A stretch of 64,000 nt of DNA, from the IMG/VR virus record IMGVR_UViG_3300021964_007043. One strand, 5' to 3'. The notes under the pieces are model-generated. The model was not told the DNA's origin. It made no database searches and worked only from the letters and a program-made list of their open reading frames with translations. Made by a program: the position numbers and the translations under genes. Source of the DNA: a virus. Below, piece by piece: positions 8,274 through 16,551 of this stretch; the stretch's first letter is position 1; every line of letters starts with the position of its first letter.

Positions 8274-11207
8274 TCATGTTCTACTTACATAGCCGCCCGC
8301 TAAGTTGCCACTTGTGATTGCTTGTGTATTCTTTTCTACTTTTGTATTGATGTCCTTTACTTCGCCTAGTATTTGTAACATTGCTTGCATAGTACTATTT
8401 AACGATTCTATGCCAGCTGCACTACCACTACTGGACGTACTGATGCCATTTAATAGTTCACCTGCATCTGCTCTACTAGTCATTAGCGTATCGTTGTCTT
8501 GTTTTAATTCGTCATTTAATCTATCAAGAGCTTCTGTTAATCCTTCAATAGCTTCAGTATACTCAATAATGGGAGTTTTGTCAAGATCTACTTCTGTAAA
8601 TCCAGACAATGCTCCTGCCATTGTGCGTATAGCATTAGCATTTGTAGTTATTTGTTCAGTGTTAAGTTGCATTTCACCAAACTCTTTAACCTGTTCAAGA
8701 GGAGTATCAGCGCCAAAGAAACTTGCAATAGCATTACCTATTGCACCTATAGCATTTCCTGCGCCGCTTGCGGCTGCTCCGCCTCCTGCTACAGCCATTG
8801 CAGAACTAAATGCTGCCATTGCTTCTGCGTTTTGTTTTACTTTTGCTGTGTCAATATCATAACTTGCAAACTTAACCATATCTTCAAAGATATCGTCTGT
8901 AGTGTCGCCACCAAATAGTGCTCCAATACCGCCTGCGATGCCACTTACTAAACTACCTAATCCTTCAGCAGCACTTGCTCCTCCTGCTGCTGCCATTGCT
9001 GTACTAAATGCAACCATTGCTTCAGCATTTGTTTTTACTTTATCTGCATCAATATCTGCATCTGCAAAACGTTTTACTTTGTCTAAAGGATCTTCAGCAC
9101 CAAATAGTTTTCCTATTCCTTCAGTAATGCCACCTACTAGTGCGCCTAGTCCTGCAACTGCTGAACCTGCGCCAAATGCTACCATAGCACCACTTACTGC
9201 TAACATACCTACGGCTGCTGATTTTAGTTTGTCTCCGTCTATAGTTTCAAAACTTTTAATACCTTCAACAAGTGTTGGAAGTGCTTTACCTAGCAACCAA
9301 CTTGCGCCTGCAATAGCACCACCAATAACAAGTATTACACCTGCTACTACTGCTGCACCAATAGCAACTTGTGGATTAGCAAATGCTTTTAGTCCGCCTG
9401 CGATGCCTTTTAGTATGCCGCCACCTAGGTTTCCTAGTCCTTTACCAATGCCGCCGCCTGCTGCTGCTGCATTTTTTCCAAGAGCTGCGCCTGCTCTAGG
9501 AGCAGCTCTTCTAGTATTACCTCCTGCAACAGGTGCTTCACCACCTCCGAATATACTTGCAAGTTTATTTTCAATACCACGACTTGCTGCACCTGCTACA
9601 CTGCTTACAACTGCTTTTGCAGCTAACAATCCACCAATTCCTGCAACTAGTGCAGCAATAACACCTTTGTTTTCCCAAAGTCCGCCTAGTCCGTTTGTTA
9701 TAGCTGTAGTGATTGCATCAAACCATTTACCTTCTTTAAACAAGTTGACAACTTCAGTTAATCCTTCTCCAAAGCCTTGCAGTAGATCAGCAAATGCCGT
9801 TAATCCTATCTGTATAGCATCTAGCACACCACTTTCTAGTAGTGCCTTGGCTAGTGCTCCTCTGATCTCTTTCATTCTATCATCAAAGGTTGTCATTGTT
9901 TGTGTTAGTTCGTCAGTTTGTTTTTGTTGCGCTTGCATTTCTGTTAGATTTCTGCTTCCAACATCTAATAGTTTTGTTGCATCATCTAAGAAATCAGCCA
10001 TAGGATCGCCTGCTGCTCTCATCTGTTGGATTATTCTTGCTCTGGCAGTTGCATCTGCTCCTGCAAAGTTTTCAAGTGCTCCACCTGCGTTTTTAAATGC
10101 ATCTAACATAACCTGTGGATCAGCACCCTGTCCTATTTGTTTCATTGCATCTAAAACAGCAGGTCCTGACTGTCCTAGAATACCTAAAAGTTTACCTGCT
10201 TCTTCTGTTGGATTGCCAGTTAACATACCTTTAAGTGCTTCAGCAGTTGACCCGCCTATTTCATCTAGTAATCCCATACTTAATTGCAAGTTATTAAACT
10301 GTTCTGATCCTTCTTCAAACTGATTTAAAAGTGTACGTACAACACTGTCTTGTGCTTGTGCTGCAAGTGCCTTTTCAGCTTCTTCTCTTGTTTTTCCTGT
10401 AACTTTTGCTAGTCTGTCAATCTGCATCATATAGTTTGCACTACTTACTGCAAGATCTTTTGTGCTTCTGCCTTGTAATCTACCCATTCTAGCTTGTAAA
10501 CTAATATAGTCACCCATACCTTCGTTTACTTCTTCAATAGTAAATCCCATATTTTTTAACTGTGAAAAGTCGCCAGTAGCTTTAAGATTCTTGTTCATTG
10601 CAGCAAATCTGTTTACACCTTGCTGCACTGTTCCGCCTAATGATGCAAGTGCTTGTGAATTACTAGAAACAAAACTAGCCATTTCACCTAGATTAAGTTC
10701 TAAGTCTGCTGCTGTTCCTAGCATTTGTTCAATGCTGTTGCCAAAACTTGCACCAGTAGAACTTAAACTTCTAAATGTTCCTACTGAGTCATCTAAAAAT
10801 CCTGTAAGTGATCCTAAGTATCCACCAACTAGCGGAATATGTTTTGCAAAGTCGCTTATATTATCGCCGCCGCGTAAAAACTCGTTTGATAATCCTACGA
10901 TACTTCCGACTGTTTGACCTAATGCAGTTTTAAATGCACCAAGTGCTATAGTTCCAAGTTTGATATTTGCAGTGTTGTCGCTAACCGCTGCGGTGTTAAT
11001 TTTTGTACCATCAGTGTTTGCTTTAGTAGCATTAGTACCTTTAGTAAGTGTTTGATTGTATAGAGCTTGTACTTTTGAACCTTGGCCGCCGCCTTTGCCT
11101 TGCTCTCTTGCTAGTTTTTCAACAGCCGCAACGAGTTTCGCAAGCGTTTCTTCACTTGCAACGGTTCCGCCATTGCCAACGTTACTGATTTCGACTTCTT
11201 CTGCCAC
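8274..11207 (-). CDS. Tape measure protein (977 aa)
   Basis: Long A/G-rich helical protein with hydrophobic segments, divergent from the gp26-like gene; TATAAATA at 11265-11272. Confidence 0.75.
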   Translation of the reverse strand: MAEEVEISNVGNGGTVASEETLAKLVAAVEKLAREQGKGGGQGSKVQALYNQTLTKGTNATKANTDGTKINTAAVSDNTANIKLGTIALGAFKTALGQTVGSIVGLSNEFLRGGDNISDFAKHIPLVGGYLGSLTGFLDDSVGTFRSLSSTGASFGNSIEQMLGTAADLELNLGEMASFVSSNSQALASLGGTVQQGVNRFAAMNKNLKATGDFSQLKNMGFTIEEVNEGMGDYISLQARMGRLQGRSTKDLAVSSANYMMQIDRLAKVTGKTREEAEKALAAQAQDSVVRTLLNQFEEGSEQFNNLQLSMGLLDEIGGSTAEALKGMLTGNPTEEAGKLLGILGQSGPAVLDAMKQIGQGADPQVMLDAFKNAGGALENFAGADATARARIIQQMRAAGDPMADFLDDATKLLDVGSRNLTEMQAQQKQTDELTQTMTTFDDRMKEIRGALAKALLESGVLDAIQIGLTAFADLLQGFGEGLTEVVNLFKEGKWFDAITTAITNGLGGLWENKGVIAALVAGIGGLLAAKAVVSSVAGAASRGIENKLASIFGGGEAPVAGGNTRRAAPRAGAALGKNAAAAGGGIGKGLGNLGGGILKGIAGGLKAFANPQVAIGAAVVAGVILVIGGAIAGASWLLGKALPTLVEGIKSFETIDGDKLKSAAVGMLAVSGAMVAFGAGSAVAGLGALVGGITEGIGKLFGAEDPLDKVKRFADADIDADKVKTNAEAMVAFSTAMAAAGGASAAEGLGSLVSGIAGGIGALFGGDTTDDIFEDMVKFASYDIDTAKVKQNAEAMAAFSSAMAVAGGGAAASGAGNAIGAIGNAIASFFGADTPLEQVKEFGEMQLNTEQITTNANAIRTMAGALSGFTEVDLDKTPIIEYTEAIEGLTEALDRLNDELKQDNDTLMTSRADAGELLNGISTSSSGSAAGIESLNSTMQAMLQILGEVKDINTKVEKNTQAITSGNLAGGYVSRT

Positions 11208-11283
11208 TTATAAAAATCCAAGTTAAGTACGTACATAAATAATATGATACATACTATTATAATGTATTTATACGGAGACAAAG

Positions 11284-12165
11284 ATGGCAGAATTTAACCC
11301 AGAACAGTTTTCAGGAAACTTTGAGCAAAACCCTCTAAGAAAGTACTTTAGACAGCCAAAGATACATATTCCTTTGCCAAGCAAAGGACAATATTACCCT
11401 GAAGGTTCTATTGAAATGCCAGAAACAGGTGAAGTTCCAGTTTTTGCAATGACTGCAAAAGATGAACTTACTATGAAAACACCAGATGCACTATTAAATG
11501 GAGCAGCAACAGTTGACGTTATTAAAAGTTGTGTTCCTGCAATCAAAGATCCATGGAAGATGCCTACACTTGATCTTGATGCTCTTTTGATTGCAATAAG
11601 GATTGCTACCTATGGCGAAACAATGGAGATTTCAACTCCTATACCTGGTACAACTGAAAGTAGAAAGTTTGATGTTGATCTTAGAAAGATTTTAAACAAA
11701 CTTGTTTCGGCAACTTATATTGACACTGTAACAATGAATGAGTTAACAGTGTATACTAAACCTTTAACATATAGAGAGTTTACACAAACTAGTTTAAAAA
11801 CTTTTGAAGAGCAAAGAGTATTTGCTATCATTAACAATGACAACATGTCAGACGAAGAAAAAATTGACAAGTTTGGAGAAAGTTTTAAAAAACTTACAGA
11901 TCTTACTGTAAAAGTTCTTAACAAAAGTATTGCAAAGATTATTGTAGGCGACACCGAAGTAACTAATCAAAAACACATTGATGAGTTTATGGAAAACAGT
12001 GACAAAGAATTTTATAAGTTTATAATGGATCACCTTGAAGAACAAAGAAAAATGTTTGAGATAGAACCGTTAAAAGTTACTAGTACAGAAGAAGATCAAG
12101 CAAAAGGTGCTCCTGAAGAATGGGAAGTTCCCATTACATTTGATTCATCAAATTTTTTCGGATAA
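11284..12165 (+). CDS. gp26: Baseplate hub assembly protein (gp26-like)
   Basis: Motifs NPLRKYFRQPK, MTAKDELTMKTPDALLNG, DLDALLIAIRIATYG; C-terminal FDSSNFF; TAAATA at 11236-11241. Confidence 0.8.
   Translation: MAEFNPEQFSGNFEQNPLRKYFRQPKIHIPLPSKGQYYPEGSIEMPETGEVPVFAMTAKDELTMKTPDALLNGAATVDVIKSCVPAIKDPWKMPTLDLDALLIAIRIATYGETMEISTPIPGTTESRKFDVDLRKILNKLVSATYIDTVTMNELTVYTKPLTYREFTQTSLKTFEEQRVFAIINNDNMSDEEKIDKFGESFKKLTDLTVKVLNKSIAKIIVGDTEVTNQKHIDEFMENSDKEFYKFIMDHLEEQRKMFEIEPLKVTSTEEDQAKGAPEEWEVPITFDSSNFFG
12153..12159 (+). promoter_or_regulatory. Candidate -1 ribosomal frameshift site (T TTT TTC)
   Basis: X XXY YYZ heptamer one codon before the gp26-like stop; the -1 frame is open into ORF 12183..12389. 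Confidence 0.6.
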
Positions 12166-12182
12166 GGATCTTATCTCTGAGC

Positions 12183-12389
12183 GTGGATGAGATCCTAGCA
12201 ATAGTTAAAGAATACGAAGGCGAACAGAAAGAGCTCAAAAATGAATGCTTTAAACTTACGTGGTTTATGCGAGGTGGAGTATCTGTTGACGAAGTGTTTA
12301 CTTTAAGCTATGAAGATAGAAGTATTATTTCCGAAATAATCAAAGAAAATCTAGATACAACTAAAAAAACTGGACAGCCTTTCTTTTAG
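12183..12389 (+). CDS. gp51-like baseplate assembly chaperone (possibly the C-terminal part of a frameshift fusion)
   Basis: LTWFMRGG...LSYEDRSIISEIIKENL; GTG start with no well-spaced RBS. Confidence 0.65.
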   Translation: MDEILAIVKEYEGEQKELKNECFKLTWFMRGGVSVDEVFTLSYEDRSIISEIIKENLDTTKKTGQPFF

Positions 12390-14614
12390 GCTGTCGTTTT
12401 TGGCTTAGGTGCTACTGTTCCTGGCTTGGCAATACCTGCTTTAGGTTTATTTTGTGCTGCTGGTAATGCTTGAGTACCTTTTGCTCCTGCTTGTTTAGCA
12501 ACTTGAGCATCCTTAGTACCTGCTTTTACACCTTTACTGCTGATTTGATCTAGCACCATTGCCATTACATCTGGTCCTGCTGCTTTGACTGCATCACGTA
12601 CAGGGTCAATCTTAGGATGCGGTAGCCCCATATCTACAGTAGCTTGTACACCAACTGTGCGTCCTGTATCAAGATCAGTGTATAATGCACCTTCCCATCT
12701 GTACTGCTTTCCGTCTTTGCCTTTTACAACATCACCTTTTGCAACTGTTTTAGTTGCTTCAGGTTTGGCTGCGCCGCCACCTTGTGCTGCTGCGGCTTTT
12801 TTGATTGCAGCAATACCTTTTTTGTCATTAGGCTTAACGTTAGTTGGTTTGCCGTCTACACCTGCAATAACATCTTGACCGCTTGCACTTTTTACAACAC
12901 TTCCTGGTTCTGCTGGTGGTGCAGAGTCATCAGCGCCTGCTGCGTTTCCACCTTGTGCTGCTGAATCATCTGCGGGAGTATCTGTAGCAGTTGAAGCTGC
13001 TGGCTCGGCAGCTGGTGTTTCCGGATCACCTACGTTTTTCGCTACAAGTTCTACACCCTGCTCTTGGCCGACAGAGGAAATTTGTTCCGGAGTCATTCCC
13101 ATGCCTTGCAGAATATTTATTATCGAACCTGTGTCAGTTGGTTCGCCTGCTTTCTTCCAAGCACTCATCATTTTATTATAAGTTGCTTTGTTACCTAGTT
13201 CTTTACCTGCTGCTTTAGCACCTTTGGCAATAGCACCCCCGGCTGCTTTAGCACCTTGTGCAACTTTTCCTGCTGCACCTTTGATCATGTCACCAAAGCC
13301 TGCTTCTGCTAGATAGCGATCAAACTCTGATTGCATGTCAACAGATTCTCCTGCTGCTCTCATTATACCAGCTCGACCTTTTAGATCGCTCGGATCAACT
13401 GCTGTTGCTTTGCTGTCTACACCTGCAATCTTTTTATTGCCTGCTGCACTGTCTACAACATCTCCAGGCTTAACTTCGTCGCCGCCGACTTTAAATGCAC
13501 CCTTTTCGCCTTGCGACTGAATACTACCTTGTGCAACTGCTGCAATAGCCTGATTTGCCATTGTTAGGTTTTGTAAGAATGCATCATTCTGTGCTGCAAC
13601 GTTTTGTGCGATTTCATTTGCAAGATTCATATCTGCAATAAACTCTTTTGTATCAAATGATTTTGCAAAGGTCCACAGATCGTTAAATGCATCAATCGCA
13701 CCAGGGTCTGTTGTGCTTCCTGTTGCTGCTGTTGCATCTTTCATAGCATCTAGAAGTGATGTAAACTCTGCAACACGATCTTCAGGAACCACCATTGAAC
13801 CTAATTCTTTAACAGATTCAAATCCAGGCGATGTAAGTTCTTTTGTAAATCCTACTTCAAGTGTAGAAAGTCCTGGTGCTTTATCATATGGAACTGCGTC
13901 AAAGCGCAATCCTTCTAACCAATCACCAATACCTTGTAATGCCCAACCAGCAATAGCACCATAGGCAGCTGTCTTAACTGATTTACCAATAGCACTAGAA
14001 AGATCTTCACCTTTGAGTAACTCATTTGTTGAACGAAGTATTAAACCTGCTGCTGCACCGCCTGCTGGTCCGCCTGCAAAGGCTGCAATAGCTGTTAAGA
14101 TACCAACTGCAATACTTGCCTTGCCAGGATTTGCTTTTGCCCAGTCACTAACTTTAACAATACCTTGTACAATCTTATTGTCTGGTTTGTTTGCCATAAT
14201 ATCTGCTTTAAGATCATTAAACTTTTTGTCCATGTCCTTAACTGGTCCAGCTTCTTTAGCAGCTCTACCAAGTTCTTTAATTTTAGCATCAACTTTTTTA
14301 GCTAGTTCCGCAGTCATCTTAACGCCTGCAACAGCAGCGCCGCCTGCTTTAGCTGCTGCTGAACCTGCTTTACCTAGTGCATTTTGATTAGTGCCACTTG
14401 CCATTGCATTTGCTTCTGCACTTTTAAATATTGCTTGAATTTGATCTGCTGTTAGTTCTGCTTCTGCTAGTTTAACATATTGCTCTAGCAATGGAAATAG
14501 TTCACGTTCCCATCTTAACTGATACTTTTGTTGTGCTTCAGTAAGATCGTGCCAACCTTCTTTTAGTATTCTATGTGAACGATTTTCGTATAGTGTTACT
14601 TCTTGTAGTTTCAT
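12386..14614 (-). CDS. A/G/K-rich 742-aa protein, candidate internal head or ejection protein
   Basis: Low complexity; LKE-G and LAE-A motifs; hydrophobic segment ASIAVGILTAIAAFAGGPAGGAAAGLIL. Confidence 0.6.
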   Translation of the reverse strand: MKLQEVTLYENRSHRILKEGWHDLTEAQQKYQLRWERELFPLLEQYVKLAEAELTADQIQAIFKSAEANAMASGTNQNALGKAGSAAAKAGGAAVAGVKMTAELAKKVDAKIKELGRAAKEAGPVKDMDKKFNDLKADIMANKPDNKIVQGIVKVSDWAKANPGKASIAVGILTAIAAFAGGPAGGAAAGLILRSTNELLKGEDLSSAIGKSVKTAAYGAIAGWALQGIGDWLEGLRFDAVPYDKAPGLSTLEVGFTKELTSPGFESVKELGSMVVPEDRVAEFTSLLDAMKDATAATGSTTDPGAIDAFNDLWTFAKSFDTKEFIADMNLANEIAQNVAAQNDAFLQNLTMANQAIAAVAQGSIQSQGEKGAFKVGGDEVKPGDVVDSAAGNKKIAGVDSKATAVDPSDLKGRAGIMRAAGESVDMQSEFDRYLAEAGFGDMIKGAAGKVAQGAKAAGGAIAKGAKAAGKELGNKATYNKMMSAWKKAGEPTDTGSIINILQGMGMTPEQISSVGQEQGVELVAKNVGDPETPAAEPAASTATDTPADDSAAQGGNAAGADDSAPPAEPGSVVKSASGQDVIAGVDGKPTNVKPNDKKGIAAIKKAAAAQGGGAAKPEATKTVAKGDVVKGKDGKQYRWEGALYTDLDTGRTVGVQATVDMGLPHPKIDPVRDAVKAAGPDVMAMVLDQISSKGVKAGTKDAQVAKQAGAKGTQALPAAQNKPKAGIAKPGTVAPKPKTTA

Positions 14615-15342
14615 TTTAACATTCCTGCTAGTGCTTGTTTTTCAGTTGCTGATAGTGTGTCTAACATTTTTTGTACGTCTGGTGGTATTTCAGTTGCACC
14701 ACTCGCTGCTTGTTTAGCACCAGCTTGTGCAGCTGGCTTAGCGGCTGCGCCGCCTGCTGCTTTTTGATTTGCAGGAGCTGTTTTGCCACCTTGTGCTGTG
14801 CCTTGAGCATTGCCGCCTGGTGCTAGTGCTGGATCGCCTACAGCCTTTCCACCTGTGCCGCCTTGTTGCTGTCCGCCTTGTTGCTGTCCGCCTTGTTGCT
14901 GTCCGCCTTGTTGCTGTCCGCCTTGTTGCTGTCTGCCAGGAGCGGCTTGTCCGCCTCCGGCTCCTCCACCCTTGCCCATTTGAGCATAACCGTCTTTGGC
15001 CATTTGTGTAATAACATCATACACTTGCTGTTTGTTAAGAGTACCTTGAGGAACCTTTGCTTGATTATAGTTGTAGGTGTTTTGAAGAAAGTTTGCTAAA
15101 TCGTCACCTGTTGCAGTCTTTACATTTTTTTGCTGTGTTCCAAGATACTTGTTAAACTTAGTATAAACATCATTTGCTGTTTTACCAACTTCTGCTTTAC
15201 CTTGCAAGTTAGCCGCAGTATTTTTCATTCCAACAGCACCAGCAAGCCCAGCTCCAACTTTACGTCCTAGCTGTTTTAAAAAACCAGCAGGTGCTTCATC
15301 AATTTGTTTTTGTTCTAGTTCCGATATCTCAGCGATCTTCAT
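14611..15342 (-). CDS. A/G/Q/K-rich protein with GGQQQ repeats (probable start 15342)
   Basis: AAGGA RBS and TAAATA (15371-15376) precede the ATG at 15342 rather than the TTG at 15390; IDE-A motif near the N-terminus. Confidence 0.7.
   Translation of the reverse strand: MKIAEISELEQKQIDEAPAGFLKQLGRKVGAGLAGAVGMKNTAANLQGKAEVGKTANDVYTKFNKYLGTQQKNVKTATGDDLANFLQNTYNYNQAKVPQGTLNKQQVYDVITQMAKDGYAQMGKGGGAGGGQAAPGRQQQGGQQQGGQQQGGQQQGGQQQGGTGGKAVGDPALAPGGNAQGTAQGGKTAPANQKAAGGAAAKPAAQAGAKQAASGATEIPPDVQKMLDTLSATEKQALAGMLK
14858..14932. repeat. Five perfect copies of a 15-bp tandem repeat (CCGCCTTGTTGCTGT) encoding Gly/Gln repeats
   Basis: Read directly from the sequence. Confidence 0.95.
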
Positions 15343-15388
15343 GTCAAACGATTCCTTTGTGATTATAATGTATTTATTTAACTTTTTC

Positions 15389-15497
15389 AATATCTACTTC
15401 GTAGATATTTGTTTTCGCTAACGCTCAAACTATGCACTTCGTTTGTTGATAGAAGTAAATGATATAAAGATCAAATCGTTATTACGAAGTAATAACG
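15389..15497. repeat. Two 9-bp hairpins with C-GAA-G triloops on opposite strands
   Basis: AATATCTAC-TTC-GTAGATATT (15389-15409) and CGTTATTAC-GAA-GTAATAACG (15477-15497); a further ACTTCGT at 15436-15442. Confidence 0.9.
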
Positions 15498-15499
15498 TT

Positions 15500-15920
15500 T
15501 AAGCTTCATGTAGATTGTTTCAGTCAGACGGAACCTGTTACGGTTCCATCTAATCTCAAAACTTCATGTGAGTTCGTCACAGCCGAGACTTGGAAGTAGG
15601 TGTTTTCTGCTGTACAATGGGCTCTGACCTTTCCCAACCTACGTCGACATTGTGTACTATATAGAGTGCATAAGACGCTCTTATGCTTTCTGTATAATAC
15701 ATTACCCGTTGCTTCGTTCCTGTGCATACGGTTTTTATGTACTTTGCAGTTTTTCGACAGCCAACATTCCATCTATGTCAATCAAACACCCTACTACCGG
15801 ATGCCGCTCAACATGTTACGTGTGTTCCTATACGGAAACTTTTTCCACAGCGGTGTTTTCGAACTGGCCCGCCAACCTTAAGTGTTGGATTGTTTTGCCT
15901 TGATGCTATGTTCTAGCAAT
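15500..15920 (-). ncRNA. Candidate large structured ncRNA overlapping and following the GIY-YIG gene 3' end
   Basis: No credible ORF. Many helices: CCAAC/GUUGG, AAACACC/GGUGUUU, CCGCU/AGCGG, GCAUAAGA/UCUUAUGC, GUAGGU/ACCUAC, AGAUGGAACC/GGUUCCGUCU. Confidence 0.55.
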
Positions 15921-16327
15921 GCCTGTTTGAGTTTGTCTGATCCGCCTACTCTAACATTAATGATACCATTGTAGTAATCATCTGTTTCGAGTACACGCCT
16001 ATCAAACTGTTCTCTTGCCTCTATGTAGGACATTTCGCCCCTACCTTTACATAGGTATAATATTTCTCTTGTGAAGTGTTCTGGGCCTAGTGCTTCAACA
16101 TCAGCGTTAAGTCTATCAGATGATCCCCAATAGTCTTTCCAGTCTGATTCTTTGTAGCCTCTGCGTTTGTTCTTTTTGCCTTTAAGTGGTGGCTTTGTGG
16201 TTTTAAACTTTGCTAGTTTCTTGCCTATATACTTTTGCCCAGTCTTTAGATTGGTTATGAGATAAACAAATCCTTCATACTCGTCTGGTATAGTATCGAT
16301 TTGTTTCCCATCATAAGTCCATTGCAT
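15878..16327 (-). CDS. Stand-alone GIY-YIG nuclease (149 aa, catalytic domain only)
   Basis: GFVYLITN...KYIGKK, YWGSS, FTREIL, E..EQF, YYN; late-promoter variant TATAAGTA at 16333-16340. Confidence 0.85.
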   Translation of the reverse strand: MQWTYDGKQIDTIPDEYEGFVYLITNLKTGQKYIGKKLAKFKTTKPPLKGKKNKRRGYKESDWKDYWGSSDRLNADVEALGPEHFTREILYLCKGRGEMSYIEAREQFDRRVLETDDYYNGIINVRVGGSDKLKQALLEHSIKAKQSNT

Positions 16328-16335
16328 GAACTTAC

Positions 16336-16551
16336 TTATAGATTGCCTTTTTTCTGTGCCTCTTTTTTGGTTTGGTGTTTGTTATGTACTTCTTCCATCC
16401 GATCTTTTGCTAAACTACGAATGTCTCTGAGACATTTACGTACATAACGATGTGTGCGTACACTGTTACGTTTTTCAAACTGTTCGTTTGCACGGAAGTA
16501 TTCTAAATATGCCTGTGCTAACTGATCGTGTGTGTCTTCTTGTTCACTCAT
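16336..16551 (-). CDS. Small helical basic protein (71 aa), weak Hc1/histone-H1-like resemblance
   Basis: RYVRKCLRDIRSLAKDR helix; coupled to the gp46-like stop. Confidence 0.5.
   Translation of the reverse strand: MSEQEDTHDQLAQAYLEYFRANEQFEKRNSVRTHRYVRKCLRDIRSLAKDRMEEVHNKHQTKKEAQKKGNL

Noticed and set aside
8902-10323. 473-aa plus-strand ORF and other long antisense ORFs (e.g. 4664..5326, 4885..5259, 1729..2052)
   Set aside because: They are shadows of A/G- or D/E-rich minus-strand genes with biased codons; no RBS or promoter, and no recognisable protein motifs.
14769-15099. ORFs with VAVRL, LLSAL or ADSNK repeats
   Set aside because: They are alternative-frame readings of the 15-bp tandem repeat.
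15700-15735. AACCGUAUGCAC...GCAACGG resembling group II intron domain V
   Set aside because: No AGC/CGC catalytic triad in register, no GNRA-capped 34-nt helix, no domain VI or GUGYG 5' end, and no interrupted gene.
15500-15880. Group I intron or RNase P interpretation of the structured region
   Set aside because: I could not find P7-type or GAGGAAAGUCC-type conserved cores, and the flanking ORFs are intact. Not fully excluded without cmscan.
15524-15916. Four short ORFs (64-93 aa) in the region downstream of the GIY-YIG gene
   Set aside because: Overlapping frames on both strands, Cys/Arg-rich atypical composition, no RBS; better explained as a non-coding structured region.
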